Below are positions 23,101 through 34,004 of a DNA stretch of 64,000 nt, piece by piece. The notes beneath the pieces are model-generated. The model did not search any database and had not been told where the DNA came from. It saw only the letters and a list, made by a program, of their open reading frames with translations. The stretch spans positions 496,001 to 560,000 of the forward strand of contig OW569344.1 of the NCBI GenBank assembly GCA_937625935.1. The letters run 5' to 3'. The stretch is from Tetramitus jugosus. Its lineage: Eukaryota > Protista > Heterolobosea. Position numbers and translations under genes: made by a program. The stretch's first letter is position 1. Each line of letters starts with the position of its first letter.

Positions 23101-23506
23101 CATCCTCAAATCCCACCTCTTCATCAAACGTTCTTTTGCTCGCTTCCAATCTCTTCCATTTGACTCGTCCACCATCACCCAACTCACTAGGATAACTCAA
23201 TTCTTTGTCATCTACCGCCGCCGCCATCGTCATCATCCAATTTTTCCAAATGCTCTCAATCGAACCAAAGCTCTCCAACACATCACTTCCAATTTCTCTG
23301 TTACCAATGGGAAATGGTCCCAATACGTGATAAACGGTTGGCATTCGAATGGGCACACTCATTGAGTTCGACGTCTCTTGTTTTTGTTCTTGTTGTGGTT
23401 GCCTCGTTGGTGATGCACCACCAAGGCACATGAACAACAACAATAAAAAGATGAACAATGATGATGATGTGAACCGTTGTTGTTTATCAGTGATCATTAT
23501 CATCAA
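20182..23506 (-). CDS. Secreted single-pass alpha/beta-hydrolase (peptidase S9/esterase-like); intron 22022-22100
   Basis: Signal peptide; HGAG; GHSMGGHG|C after splicing; GAIDDNV (Asp); GHWW (His); C-terminal TM and cytosolic tail. Confidence 0.85.
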
Positions 23507-23765
23507 AATTCTCGACTAATTTGTTGTTGGTTATTGGTTTGGTTGATTGATTAATTGATGATGATGAGCTGTTATTCTTGTTTGTCGCTCAGAGGGGCAT
23601 GAAAATGGCGAATTTTTGGTTGTGTTTTGATCCGCGGGCAATCTTATGCTTCTATTGGTGATTGTCGGTGTTTCCGAAGAGGAATGTGCAGGAGGATAGT
23701 GATCTGTTGCATTGGGGTGAGTATGGAGAATGAGAGAAGATTGTAAAGATTTATGGATTCATTTG

Positions 23766-24599
23766 TTAAGATTGTGAGTTGGCTGGGATTTTGTTGGGTG
23801 TGGCGACTTGTTGTAAGAAGACATCTCCCACCACATACAGCTTATCCTTCATGTAGTGCTGGAAAATGGGAGACTTTACAAACACATCAAACGGTCCTTC
23901 ACTCAATTGTTTAGCTACATTTCGAACAGCATCATCAAACAACCGACAAGGGATCATGGTCTCGGAACAAAAACTGTCAAATTCTCCAATAATGTCCTGT
24001 CGAATGGCTTCGCTAAGCTCAATTCTGTTCTCTGCATCTCGTCTAATGTAATCTTTCATGATAAGCTTTGCAAGGTAAAACCGATTCTGAGGAGATGTTT
24101 TTGAATGAAATTGTCTCACATGCTCCATAAAATCTAACTGTTTCTGATATGTGGAGCTCCACTCCTTGTTCTTGGACACAAAGTGAGTAAAAAGACCTCG
24201 AAAGTCTTCCAACAAGAATAATCGGTCAAACAAGTAGTTGTAACTGGCAATTAACTTGCTCCTTGGACTATTGTCCCTGTCAATAGGTAGTTGATTCATG
24301 GTTGGTTGTCTTCTGGATATCGTCTTTCTGTCAACTTCCTTCTCGTTCGTTGAGTGATCAAGTTGCTGTGAGGAATCTCTGGTTAAGGTTGGTTGTGATG
24401 GTGGAGGTGATAGTGGTTGTTCGGTGATGGATGAGATTGGCAATGTAGCTGGATGCGTTGTGTCGATTGTCATCTGATTCTTGATGATCCTGCTATCATC
24501 CGGTTTGTTCACAATGGTGAAATAGTCGTCATGATCTTGATGGAACTCTTCATTGCTCCCTCCTTCACCTCCTTGTTTTGATGTATGAGAATTGCCCAT
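23766..24599 (-). CDS. RGS-domain protein, probably N-myristoylated
   Basis: MGNSHTS N-terminus; LDFMEHVRQF, AKLIMKDYIRRDAENRIELS, LFDDA, PFDVFVKSPIF. Confidence 0.85.
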   Translation of the reverse strand: MGNSHTSKQGGEGGSNEEFHQDHDDYFTIVNKPDDSRIIKNQMTIDTTHPATLPISSITEQPLSPPPSQPTLTRDSSQQLDHSTNEKEVDRKTISRRQPTMNQLPIDRDNSPRSKLIASYNYLFDRLFLLEDFRGLFTHFVSKNKEWSSTYQKQLDFMEHVRQFHSKTSPQNRFYLAKLIMKDYIRRDAENRIELSEAIRQDIIGEFDSFCSETMIPCRLFDDAVRNVAKQLSEGPFDVFVKSPIFQHYMKDKLYVVGDVFLQQVATPNKIPANSQS

Positions 24600-24754
24600 G
24601 ATTGATGTATCGTATCAGTTCTATTTGAATGCTTTGTATTTGCTGGTATGAGATTGAGGGAAAGAAAATAATTTATTTTTTGTAAATTTTGGGTTGACTC
24701 CAAAAATACAGTTTGTTGTTCGAAAGCTCATCATGACACGCGCAAGAAATTCAC

Positions 24755-25837
24755 TCATAGAGCAGTCAGTGGTGTCCGTAAGTCCTTCAAATCGTTTGAT
24801 TTCTTTTGGAATGATGAGACTATACATAGTGTCAGGAATACACAAACAACTCCAACGACTGAACCCATGAAGAAGAAGCCAAATGAAAAAACTATTATCC
24901 TCTTTCTTGGACTTGTCTGTCCTTCCAATGTAACAAATGCACACTCTTTCGATTCAGGCGTATCGGCGCACACAATGTACTTTAATGTGGCGTAGTCATC
25001 CACACAAGTGATAGGAGGAAGAGCAACACCAGTCTCGTCGAATCTCCGCTTCACGTCTTCCTTCAGCTTCAATATAGATCCTGATGTACAAGTCTCCCCT
25101 ATACTATCATTCTTCAACAGTAAGATCTGTAGGGACGTGATATTGGGCGTTGATAGATTCGGTAATTCAAAGCCTGCAAAGAAGGAAGCAGTCTTATAAG
25201 CGGTGCCATGATGTGCACTCAACAAAACGTGAACATCGCCTCGTGCATTTGCTGCAAATCGCCGACTACTCTGTGCCCAGAACGATACCATTGCACCAAG
25301 TGTCTCATTTGAGCTCAGAACCTGCCCAAACGGACACAACTCCTTGTAATCTACACCGTTCACACAATCCAAACTCGTCGAATTATCTTCACCCGTACAT
25401 CCACAAAAGGTTAAACGATTCACAGCTCGGCCCAGCACCGTGTCTTCCAACGTGACAAAATTCTGTGGGAAATTATTGGAGAGCACATGAGCAACGCGAT
25501 CCGTGTTACTCCAGAACAGTGATTTATCTCTAGGTGCCATGAGCAACTCATTGGGCAGCTCATTGAAGAATGGTTCAAAATCAGCAAGAGACACACTCGA
25601 GGAAGCCTTGGATACCCATACAGAGGCAAAATTTTCATAAATTCTTGCACAGTCAACTGCTGTGGACGATACATTGGTCATGACATCTGTGTTGACGATG
25701 ATTGCCTCAGAACACCTTCCCACGACAATTTCTCTCAAGTGAGGTGTCGTAGCTACCGTTATGCCGCCAAGCACAAGTGACGAATGCAACAGGAGGAGAA
25801 AAAGCAGAGGGGCAAGAAGAATTTTGGTCGAAAACAT
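24755..25837 (-). CDS. ADP-ribosyl cyclase / NAD glycohydrolase, CD38/CD157 family; signal peptide plus C-terminal TM
   Basis: TTPHLREIVVGRC, VDC, SLFWS, FVTLEDTVLG..LTFCG, SFWAQSSRRFA..ARGDVHVLL, SFFAGFELPNL, ETCTSGSI..L; Cys pattern. Confidence 0.9.
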   Translation of the reverse strand: MFSTKILLAPLLFLLLLHSSLVLGGITVATTPHLREIVVGRCSEAIIVNTDVMTNVSSTAVDCARIYENFASVWVSKASSSVSLADFEPFFNELPNELLMAPRDKSLFWSNTDRVAHVLSNNFPQNFVTLEDTVLGRAVNRLTFCGCTGEDNSTSLDCVNGVDYKELCPFGQVLSSNETLGAMVSFWAQSSRRFAANARGDVHVLLSAHHGTAYKTASFFAGFELPNLSTPNITSLQILLLKNDSIGETCTSGSILKLKEDVKRRFDETGVALPPITCVDDYATLKYIVCADTPESKECAFVTLEGQTSPRKRIIVFSFGFFFMGSVVGVVCVFLTLCIVSSFQKKSNDLKDLRTPLTAL

Positions 25838-26043
25838 TCACAATGATTTTCTTTCAACAACAGCAACGTGAACAAAAAATGACTGGATAGTGGTGTCGGC
25901 CGTAACGTCAGAAGCTTATCCTGGGCACTTGAGCTTGTTTGTTTGAGGGAATTGCAATTTTGACCCCGATTTTTGATTGAGCACGAAAGGCTGCCCGAAT
26001 TTGTGAAAAAACCGAGATTTATATAAATTCTTCGGAGTAATTT

Positions 26044-27081
26044 TTACGCGGCAGCGGACCGTTCTTCAATGTACTGAATGTCAGAGGTCAACATGGATGT
26101 TTCGTCGGATGATGGAGCAGACTGTTCTAAGATTTCTTTTTTGAATTCCTTTTGGTGTTTGGGAGATGTTCTGGGGAAGCTCAAATGGATGAGGAGGTAC
26201 TGCACGAGCAACAAAATACATTGCAACAAGGTCACAATGAGGAAGCTCCAATCCTGTTTTCCCTTTAACGATGTCTTCTGGATCACCATTGTTTGGATCA
26301 TGTTGGCAATTGTTCTGAAAAAGAAGTAAATGTTACACGAGCAAACCAAGGTCTGTGCCCTGTACACGAGCTTCTTACCAGAGGACGCTTGGTGTGACAC
26401 TGTGCATGTAAATGAGATGGAACATATGAGAATTAGAATGGCATTACACGTGATACCGGCATCAAATATCTTATCTGCCACAAATTTAAACTTGATTGAT
26501 CCTGGTGTGTGAGTTGACCGAGCTGCGTTGTAATGACTACCTGAGAAGTAGTAGACATCAGCGGCTACCTTTGGAACGATCGTAATGGCAATCAAAGTTA
26601 GTTCAGCGATTACTAACAAGTACTCTACCCTTCTGCCGGACTCTTTCTTGTTGGGAATTCTATTTACCACCATCTGAACCAAGGAGGAACAGAACACACG
26701 AGCAATTCCGAGCAGGATCTCATTCACCAATACGACAGAGCAAAATTCTATACTTAGCAATAATAGGCGATAGAGTTGGATGGGTGTTCGATTCAACGCA
26801 TGAGGTATCAGTAGTACACTCAAACTTCCTGCCAATATCAACAATTCCAATACACATATGCATAACGCTGCGATACTTGCTCTTATCTTAATTCGATTGT
26901 ACACTCTAGCGAGACTTTTCTCCTTGGATAACTCTTTTCTTTCGCTCCAATTGCCCCACAGTGTTTGCAAGAACAGGAGAAAGAGTATCAAGATGAACAA
27001 GAGATTGATACATGTGAGTACCAAAGCAGGTATTAGAGATCCTTCCATTAATGTTGTTGAAATGTTTTTCTGAACCTTCAT
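26044..27081 (-). CDS. Seven-TM membrane protein (GPCR-like)
   Basis: About seven hydrophobic segments and a polar C-terminal tail. No family motif recognised. Confidence 0.6.
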   Translation of the reverse strand: MKVQKNISTTLMEGSLIPALVLTCINLLFILILFLLFLQTLWGNWSERKELSKEKSLARVYNRIKIRASIAALCICVLELLILAGSLSVLLIPHALNRTPIQLYRLLLLSIEFCSVVLVNEILLGIARVFCSSLVQMVVNRIPNKKESGRRVEYLLVIAELTLIAITIVPKVAADVYYFSGSHYNAARSTHTPGSIKFKFVADKIFDAGITCNAILILICSISFTCTVSHQASSGKKLVYRAQTLVCSCNIYFFFRTIANMIQTMVIQKTSLKGKQDWSFLIVTLLQCILLLVQYLLIHLSFPRTSPKHQKEFKKEILEQSAPSSDETSMLTSDIQYIEERSAAA

Positions 27082-27367
27082 GGAGGATACATGAAAAAAA
27101 TTGAGTCAATCACATACAACATCCTATAAATTGTAAGGTGAAGAGCCCAAAATAGAGTGATTCGTTGTCCCAGGGACCTACCTACTTTGTGGAACGCGGA
27201 TGCCGAACAAGCCGGCACCACTGAGCATGAAGTCACCAGTGTATCACTAAATGAATATTAAACATTATCTGATTTATCAGATGTATGATCTTGTGATTAG
27301 CCCATTGCTTTCAGACAGACTATGTATCAAATTCTCCCTTTGTGCTATACTGTACTGTGTCCGCTCT

Positions 27368-28065
27368 TCACAGAATGTCTCCCCGACGCAATAGTTCCTC
27401 ATCAGATATCTCCTCACAATCAATTAATGCCTCGTCATGCACTTCCTGCACAATAGTTAATATTTCTGCAATGTTTTTTATATGTTTTGAATCTCTTCTG
27501 TTGTACTTCAGCATTGTTATCATGAAATGAGAAAGCTGCTTGTTGTCCTCAAAAGCTTGACATTCTGTCATAAAATGGGTTAGCATTTGAATACCATTCA
27601 TCTTAACTACCAATTTTTTTGTATCCAGATCAATTTGAAATACAAATTCGTCACTCTTGGTGCCTACTGTAACATTATCACCATCAATGTTCTTCAAAAC
27701 CCAGTCATGAATATTGTTGTCCTGAGAAATCCTTCAACTGTTAATTTCAATCTCTTGTCATTGATATCTATGTTGTCAAGAATATCAACGATATTATCCA
27801 CTTCCGAACTTTTGGTTGGAAGAGGTCTTTGCCATGTTGCGATTATGTCATTGACAATGTCTTCTTTACTCCGCATTGTATCACCTATTGCTTTTGATAC
27901 AGGTAAACTGTTTCTATCAATGATTTCCTTCAATTCTCCAAGAGACTTTTGCAGAAAATATTTCCTGATAAGAATCGTGGCAAGCAAGTCATTAGTCCAG
28001 AGTGTTGCAAAGTCATCTGGAATTGCGCTGGAGAAGTATGATGTTGGAAGCTTAGCTTGAGTCAC
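27368..28065 (-). pseudogene. Probable frameshifted gene remnant (two ORFs overlapping at 27694-27697), function unknown
   Basis: Two protein-like ORFs abut in different frames with no intron-like sequence. Neither has an ATG start in the ORF track. Confidence 0.4.
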
Positions 28066-28374
28066 ATCGCATTTTCCTCTCCGTTACTTCACAAGATCTT
28101 GTTCAAAAGGCAGATGACTGTATAGATCTGCTATAGAGTATATTTTTGGAGTGAGTCACTCTCAAGCACACACAAAAATTTTCTATCCAAATTTTCTGAG
28201 TCACTCCAATGATTGTCACAGAGTTCCTTAACTACAAGTGAGTTTATGATTGATAGCTTTGGTACAACAGTTAATGAATTTTCAGCAACTTGAGCGTAAC
28301 TCATTCTTCAATGAACTCTTCTCTTCGAGAACGAAGAGGATCATAGCGCAAAAAATAACAAACAACTAACGACC

Positions 28375-29181
28375 ATGCTAACTGTCGACGAAATTGTAAC
28401 AGCATCCTTCTTCCTTCCACAAAGTGTCGAGGGAATCAAAACTACAAGCGTAGACAAGTGTCGATTCGCTGTGTCAGATACTTTTCTTCACTTCTTATTC
28501 AACTGTGATTTTCCTTACAAGGAGACCAAGTATATTGAGGAGGTTATGGACACTAAAGACATGTACTACATGAGATTGAATATTTGGCTCAAGTGTGTTT
28601 TGTTCTCGAATGAACCAAGTCACTACGTACTTGAAGATAGTGTTGAGACCACGGACAAAGATATTAAGTATAGAAGAAGAGTAACAGATCAATTATTAGA
28701 TTTTGAACCAGAATTAACAAGATTCCATGAAGTTAAACCAGTTATCAGGTTTGAAGTGACTAGAAGAACTTACACTTTTAATGTTCATGAGTTAGTTGCG
28801 CAATTGAATGTAGATGTTACAACATATCCAGACAAAGATAATCATGTATCTTGTTCATTATCAGTGCAGAAGGGAGATGCATCTACTCTGAGATCATTTG
28901 ATTATTCACAATTAGCAGAAGCGGTTGGTGTTATTGATATCAGAAGCAAAGTGGTAGAGTATTTGTATCGTTACCACAACAGAGATGAAAATGATATCTA
29001 TGCAGCAGTATTAAAGTTCCTTCCAGAAAAAGATTATGAGACCACATTTTTGCAATCAGAGTTAGATAAGTTACCAGATGAAGAATACTACAAAGCTTTG
29101 ATCAATATTGAAGGAAAAAGATTCGCTCCTGCTTGGAAATCATTTGCAGATGAAACAAAGAAGTTAATTCTAAACCAGTAA
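28375..29181 (+). CDS. Unknown protein, possibly a degenerate CYTH/thiamine-triphosphatase-like fold
   Basis: MDTKD..MRLNIWLK, FEVTRRTY, LNVDVT and SKVVEYLYRY resemble THTPA segments. The EXEXK motif is absent. AT-rich codons. Confidence 0.45.
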   Translation: MLTVDEIVTASFFLPQSVEGIKTTSVDKCRFAVSDTFLHFLFNCDFPYKETKYIEEVMDTKDMYYMRLNIWLKCVLFSNEPSHYVLEDSVETTDKDIKYRRRVTDQLLDFEPELTRFHEVKPVIRFEVTRRTYTFNVHELVAQLNVDVTTYPDKDNHVSCSLSVQKGDASTLRSFDYSQLAEAVGVIDIRSKVVEYLYRYHNRDENDIYAAVLKFLPEKDYETTFLQSELDKLPDEEYYKALINIEGKRFAPAWKSFADETKKLILNQ

Positions 29182-29192
29182 CATGTTACACA

Positions 29193-29405
29193 ATGACCAT
29201 GTGTGGTATCTCATCTACAACTCTTGAAGGAACAGTTGATGATTGGAAGTCTATCCGAGAGGTGAATGCCTTAGTATCAGCATTGGATCACTTGTTGCAG
29301 CTGCATGTGGCAACACAGATAAAGATCAATGGTCCAATTTGTACAAGTACAACAATGATAGTGGTGGTGCATATGTAACTTGTTGGGTCACCAAGCTGTT
29401 CCTTA
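29193..29405 (+). pseudogene. DUF4419-like gene fragment, frameshifted
   Basis: CGISSTTLEGTVDDW in one frame and DQWSNLYKYNNDSGGAYVTCWVTKLF in another both match DUF4419 motifs. Confidence 0.6.
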
Positions 29406-29416
29406 ACCAGAGTATA

Positions 29417-29666
29417 TCACACTTTGTTTGAATAACATACTGAAGCATTACACTCAATTTCTACTTTTGATCCCGATGGTGACTGATGCACTACGTAACA
29501 AGCTCTTGCAGGTTTATGATCTCCAAGATGTTTTGCATACACTTTATTCATAGTCTGGAATCTTTTATGTCTTCGAGTAGAATGGACACTTTGATAACAC
29601 AGAACCTCCATTCCCAAAGCAAGAGTTGCTTGTGTTGTATCCTCTTCATTCGATTCGATTTCCCCG
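29417..29666 (-). pseudogene. RidA/YjgF/UK114-family remnant, frameshifted near 29560
   Basis: VIKVSILLEDIKD in one frame continues as FQTMNKVYAKHLGDHKPARACYVV..P.GSKVEIEC.A in another. N-terminal half missing or decayed. Confidence 0.7.
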
Positions 29667-29757
29667 CATATGTTTTCCCTGCATGAACAGCTAAAAAGCC
29701 AAGACACAAAAAACAACAAAATCATCATTCACACAAATAACCAATAAGATAGCAATC

Positions 29758-30285
29758 ATGTCCAATCGAACACCAAACAACAAACAGGGCAATGACCTTC
29801 CAGGATACGACTGGGGCAACAACAATCCATCTTCCCAGTCTGAACAACAACAACTCCATCCGCTAGACAAGGCGAAACAACAACAATCATCATCATCTTC
29901 ATCATCTTCATCTTCATTACATCATCAATACATGCGACAGAGTCAACAACAACAACATGGTGGTGGAGAAGAAATCAACACTCAAACCATTCAACAAGGT
30001 CAAGAGATATCATTGATCAATGTTCCTATTCGTACGATGGCCACCTACACCTTTGTTCGTAATCCAATGCTTGGTGCATCCGTTTATGGAATGATTGCTG
30101 GTTATGGCGCGCTTTTTCACAGTTTGTTGACGAGAGCTCCCGCCAAAAATACGTTTTACTGGGGAAATATTTGTGTGGCGTGGAAAGTAGCTCTGATTGC
30201 AACTGTTTACTTTAGAGGAATAGAATCAGATGGTAAACCTGGTGGAACACTGTACAAGGAATATGTAAAGGTAGAGGACTTTTAA
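29758..30285 (+). CDS. Small membrane protein of unknown function with an S/Q-rich N-terminus
   Basis: 175-aa ATG ORF with two hydrophobic segments. Confidence 0.6.
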   Translation: MSNRTPNNKQGNDLPGYDWGNNNPSSQSEQQQLHPLDKAKQQQSSSSSSSSSSLHHQYMRQSQQQQHGGGEEINTQTIQQGQEISLINVPIRTMATYTFVRNPMLGASVYGMIAGYGALFHSLLTRAPAKNTFYWGNICVAWKVALIATVYFRGIESDGKPGGTLYKEYVKVEDF

Positions 30286-30371
30286 ATGATGGAGATACAG
30301 TTGAGATACATGTATCAATACACACAACAAACAATTGCTAATCAGAATGGTTTGTTTGTTTTTTTATTTAT

Positions 30372-30737
30372 TTACTTCTTCTTTTTGGACTTTGAGCTCT
30401 TTTCTGTTGGAGTTGTGTTCGTTGTTTTTGTTGTATTCGTTTCAGCTGCTGCAGTTGATGCATCCGCTTGAGTCGCAGCAGGTGGTTGAGTGGAAGCACT
30501 TGTCGAAGCTTCAGCCAAAGTTGGTGGTACTGTTGCGTTTTCAGCTGTTGTTGTCGATGATGCTGGTGTTGGTGCCGTTGGTGGCTTCTTGTTAAACTCG
30601 TTCAAAAAGGTGTTTTTGGTCGCATTGAAAAACTTGCCTGCTTCTTTGGCGCTTCTTGGGTTGAAAAATCTCTTGAATCCACCAGTGAAATGAATGGCAG
30701 CAGCTCCGATCGCTGCAAGAATGAGAAGACGAGACAT
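30372..30737 (-). CDS. Small single-TM protein (TM, amphipathic helix, T/A/S-rich tail)
   Basis: ATG at 30737, MSRLLILAAIGAAAIHFTGG... Confidence 0.65.
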   Translation of the reverse strand: MSRLLILAAIGAAAIHFTGGFKRFFNPRSAKEAGKFFNATKNTFLNEFNKKPPTAPTPASSTTTAENATVPPTLAEASTSASTQPPAATQADASTAAAETNTTKTTNTTPTEKSSKSKKKK

Positions 30738-30839
30738 GTTTATGATGTGATTTCGTTTTGGGTTTTTAGTGTTCAAGTTTTCAGAGTCGAAAAATGTTTT
30801 TTGGATGATCTTTGATCGGACTTTTTGTTTATGAGTGCC

Positions 30840-32021
30840 CTATTGGTACAGAGTGTGAGTGCTTGAGGCTTCGTGTATCGAGTGGGCTGCGTTCAAGTCA
30901 GTGTTCTTTGTTTGGTCCATCATTTCAACCAGAACGTTGATGGCATTCGAGAGACTCGTCGTTTTCTTTTGAACTGATTTGCTCAGGTTTGTTACTTCAG
31001 ATGCGACTCGCTCACTGTACTGTTTCACAGAAGAGAACTTTAGTCCCAGATCACTCACAGAAGACTGAAGAACTGAATTTTCAGATCGTGTTTCCTTGAG
31101 GATAAACTCGTATCGATCTTTGAGTCCTTCACAAGCTACTTGGAGTTTCTTTAAGTTAAATGCGACTGCTTCTACTGATGTGTCCTCTTCGTTCTTATCT
31201 GACATCACTCTTTGTAACTCGTACTCGATTTGATTCACTCTGCTCTGCAACTTTGATGTTACCTTCACTTGATTTTTTACTGATATCATTTCTTGTGATA
31301 GATGACTAACATCAGACTTCAAGGATGAAGAGTTCTGCCGTATTAGCTCATTTGTCTTTTCATATAGTTTAGTTATTTTGCTTTCTAGATCCGATACTAT
31401 CCTTCCTTGACTGTTCGTTCCTATATTTTGTTCCAGGTCGAGTTCAGATAGTACTTCAGAGTGGCTCGATATCTTATCCTGAGCCGAACTAATTAATTCT
31501 GCTTGTTGTCTAATTGCTGCGACGATCTGTTTCACCTTTTGCTCCAATTTCGGAACCTTCTCGTTCGTTATTGATTCCAATCTCATCGTGTTTAAGGATG
31601 ACCATTGACTTCTCATCTCCTCCATCTCCTGCTTAAGTACATGATTCTCGTTCTGTAATTCTCGAATTCTACTATCCATTTTTATCAATTCTGTCGATTG
31701 GTTATTCATCTCTGTTTGATAGTGATGCTTTAAAGTGATAAACTCTTCTTCGAATACATCTGTTAATGTGAGCATTGATCCTCTAATGACTCTCAATTGC
31801 TCTGCAAAAAACTCAAATGTCTGCTGAGATTCGAGCTCCAGTTTTAATTGTTGTGAAGCATCCCCATGAAGCGCTTTTAATGCATGCTTAATATCTTTCA
31901 TGTCACTTAAGACTTTCTTCTCCTTTTCTTGTTTTTCATAACTCTGTAAGAGTGTAGCAGTTCTGCATGGCCTAGATCTAGCTAACGATGATACAGTATG
32001 GTTTTGAAATGATGATCTCAT
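30840..32021 (-). CDS. Coiled-coil protein of unknown function
   Basis: 393-aa ORF with heptad L/E/K/Q pattern. Confidence 0.75.
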   Translation of the reverse strand: MRSSFQNHTVSSLARSRPCRTATLLQSYEKQEKEKKVLSDMKDIKHALKALHGDASQQLKLELESQQTFEFFAEQLRVIRGSMLTLTDVFEEEFITLKHHYQTEMNNQSTELIKMDSRIRELQNENHVLKQEMEEMRSQWSSLNTMRLESITNEKVPKLEQKVKQIVAAIRQQAELISSAQDKISSHSEVLSELDLEQNIGTNSQGRIVSDLESKITKLYEKTNELIRQNSSSLKSDVSHLSQEMISVKNQVKVTSKLQSRVNQIEYELQRVMSDKNEEDTSVEAVAFNLKKLQVACEGLKDRYEFILKETRSENSVLQSSVSDLGLKFSSVKQYSERVASEVTNLSKSVQKKTTSLSNAINVLVEMMDQTKNTDLNAAHSIHEASSTHTLYQ

Positions 32022-32169
32022 TTGTTCATTCTATTCTCTGGCTCAAACCGTTTGGCACCGAATCTCTTTTTCGAATGGACAACGGTGGTCGGGCTGTAGT
32101 TTAGGCGCGTTATCGTTTCTCATTTGTCCGCCCCGCTCATTGTCTCAACAACAATACTATCCTGTGCAA

Positions 32170-33826
32170 ATGGAAGCAAACCACCCAAAGAGTTACTTGT
32201 GTACTAGTATGAGCTCGAGTCAGCTATTATTGAATGTGAATACGGAGACAAGTATAGACTGGCGAACTGACCGAGATTCCGAAGAGGAAGAAGCTTTTGT
32301 TAGTTGGCCTGTGTATGAGTACACATACTCGGGAACTGTTCAATTACTGCGTATGTGTGAGCATATTGAACGCTGTTTGTTAAACTCAGTTTGAACATTG
32401 TTGTTGTTAATCTCCATTCTAGTTCTCTTTATCCACAAACATCAGGACTTTGTTTTGATCGATGCCTTCAACAGCAAGGTCAAGTACAAGTTTCCTCTGA
32501 GAGAGCTTGAGAAAATGTCCTATGATGAGAACATAACTCCCGGAATAAATCCTCTCCTTCTCTTCAGAGTGACATTCAGACCGAACAATGTAGTAAGTAA
32601 ATTACTGAGTACCGAGATCAATTGTTAGTTGATAATGTTCACCCATTCATGACTCAATCTATAAGAATATTTTCCTGAGTAAGGACAGAAATGAAATTAT
32701 AAATCATATCATCTATAGCTACAGGAAAGAGAATCCAATCATCCAAGAGCTAATCCCTCAGTATGCAACAGCTACGACGTTGATCCACAACAATGAACAA
32801 CCACATAATCTTTCAACCCAAGATATTGGAAATAATCACACTCTATCCAAGGCATATTCACCCAAGTTTTATCATGCATACCATGAGTATCAAGTGTTCG
32901 GAGTCGACTTGAACCAAAAGTTACATACTCACCGCCTAGGTCTGTATCCAGACACGATCCGCCACTTTGAATCAGAGTCTAAGGAAGTTTTCTCGCAACA
33001 CACCTACCTAGAATTGAAAGACGTGGCATTCATCGGGGAGAATAAGATTTGTATTAGCTATATGCGCGATAATAGCTACACCTTTATCGTATCAGATCGA
33101 AATAGGGATGAAATTATCATGTTGGTGAAGGGAAGAGCTTTCCTATGGAGGAATATCATTGCACAAGAACAGACTCTCGACTCGCTCTCTCAAAAGTCAA
33201 TGCCCAAGCAGAACATACCGTCTGAACAACTAAACTTCCCCAAGAGGTTTACGTATCCAGACAAGGATGGAATCAGAGATAAACATAGTCATGAAATAGA
33301 GACTCAAACTGATGTAGTGTCACATATGAACACATCACCCAGTGAACGAACGACACCCGAGCCGAGCACACATATCCGCTTTATCAAGACTGGAAGCTAC
33401 TTGTACAAGCACGTCCGTAAAACAATATCAAAGAACAAGAGCAGTACCTATCATGAACGTTACTTCCGTGTTGCCTATGATAAGAACAAGCGCAAAATCC
33501 TACTCCAATGGGGACCTAGTTCCTCCAGAGTAAAGCAATCTGCAGTGGTCATTGGCATCTCTTCCAGCCCTATTGACACCACTCTCTCCTGCTCCAAGCT
33601 CTCCAAACGTCTAACCGACCACTACTCATTTGAAATTACACTCGGTGACAATCAAAAGTTGTTCCTTGTTGCCAAAGACTCACTCACCTATCAGCATTGG
33701 ATTGAAGGACTAGGAAAGATGATCAAACGACTCATTGAAATCATCAACCTACCTTCCACGGCAGCAACAGCAGCTCTCACTGATCCATTTGATATTCCTG
33801 CGTCGGTGACACCCAACTCATCATGA
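32170..33826 (+). CDS. Multi-exon PH-domain protein
   Basis: Introns at about 32351-32422 and 32594-32665. C-terminal PH-like KTGSYLYK..HERYF..LQWG..SFEI..LFLVA....QHWIEGL. Confidence 0.7.
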
Positions 33827-34004
33827 TTGTCTCATCACTTGAAAGTTAACAAAATTCTTCGCTTCGATTTTGATACGATCCGGCCTTTCTGAATCAAAAC
33901 CGGAATGTGATTTCTCGCGTGAGCGAATTCCCAAACAACAACCAACATTCACACAATTTTGAGCGCTTCGTCCCCAAACACAAAACGAACCCATTATTTG
34001 CAGC

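Noticed and set aside
9744-25837. PARG and the CD38-like enzyme as an ADP-ribose gene cluster
   Set aside because: They are about 13 kb apart with unrelated genes in between and act in different predicted compartments.
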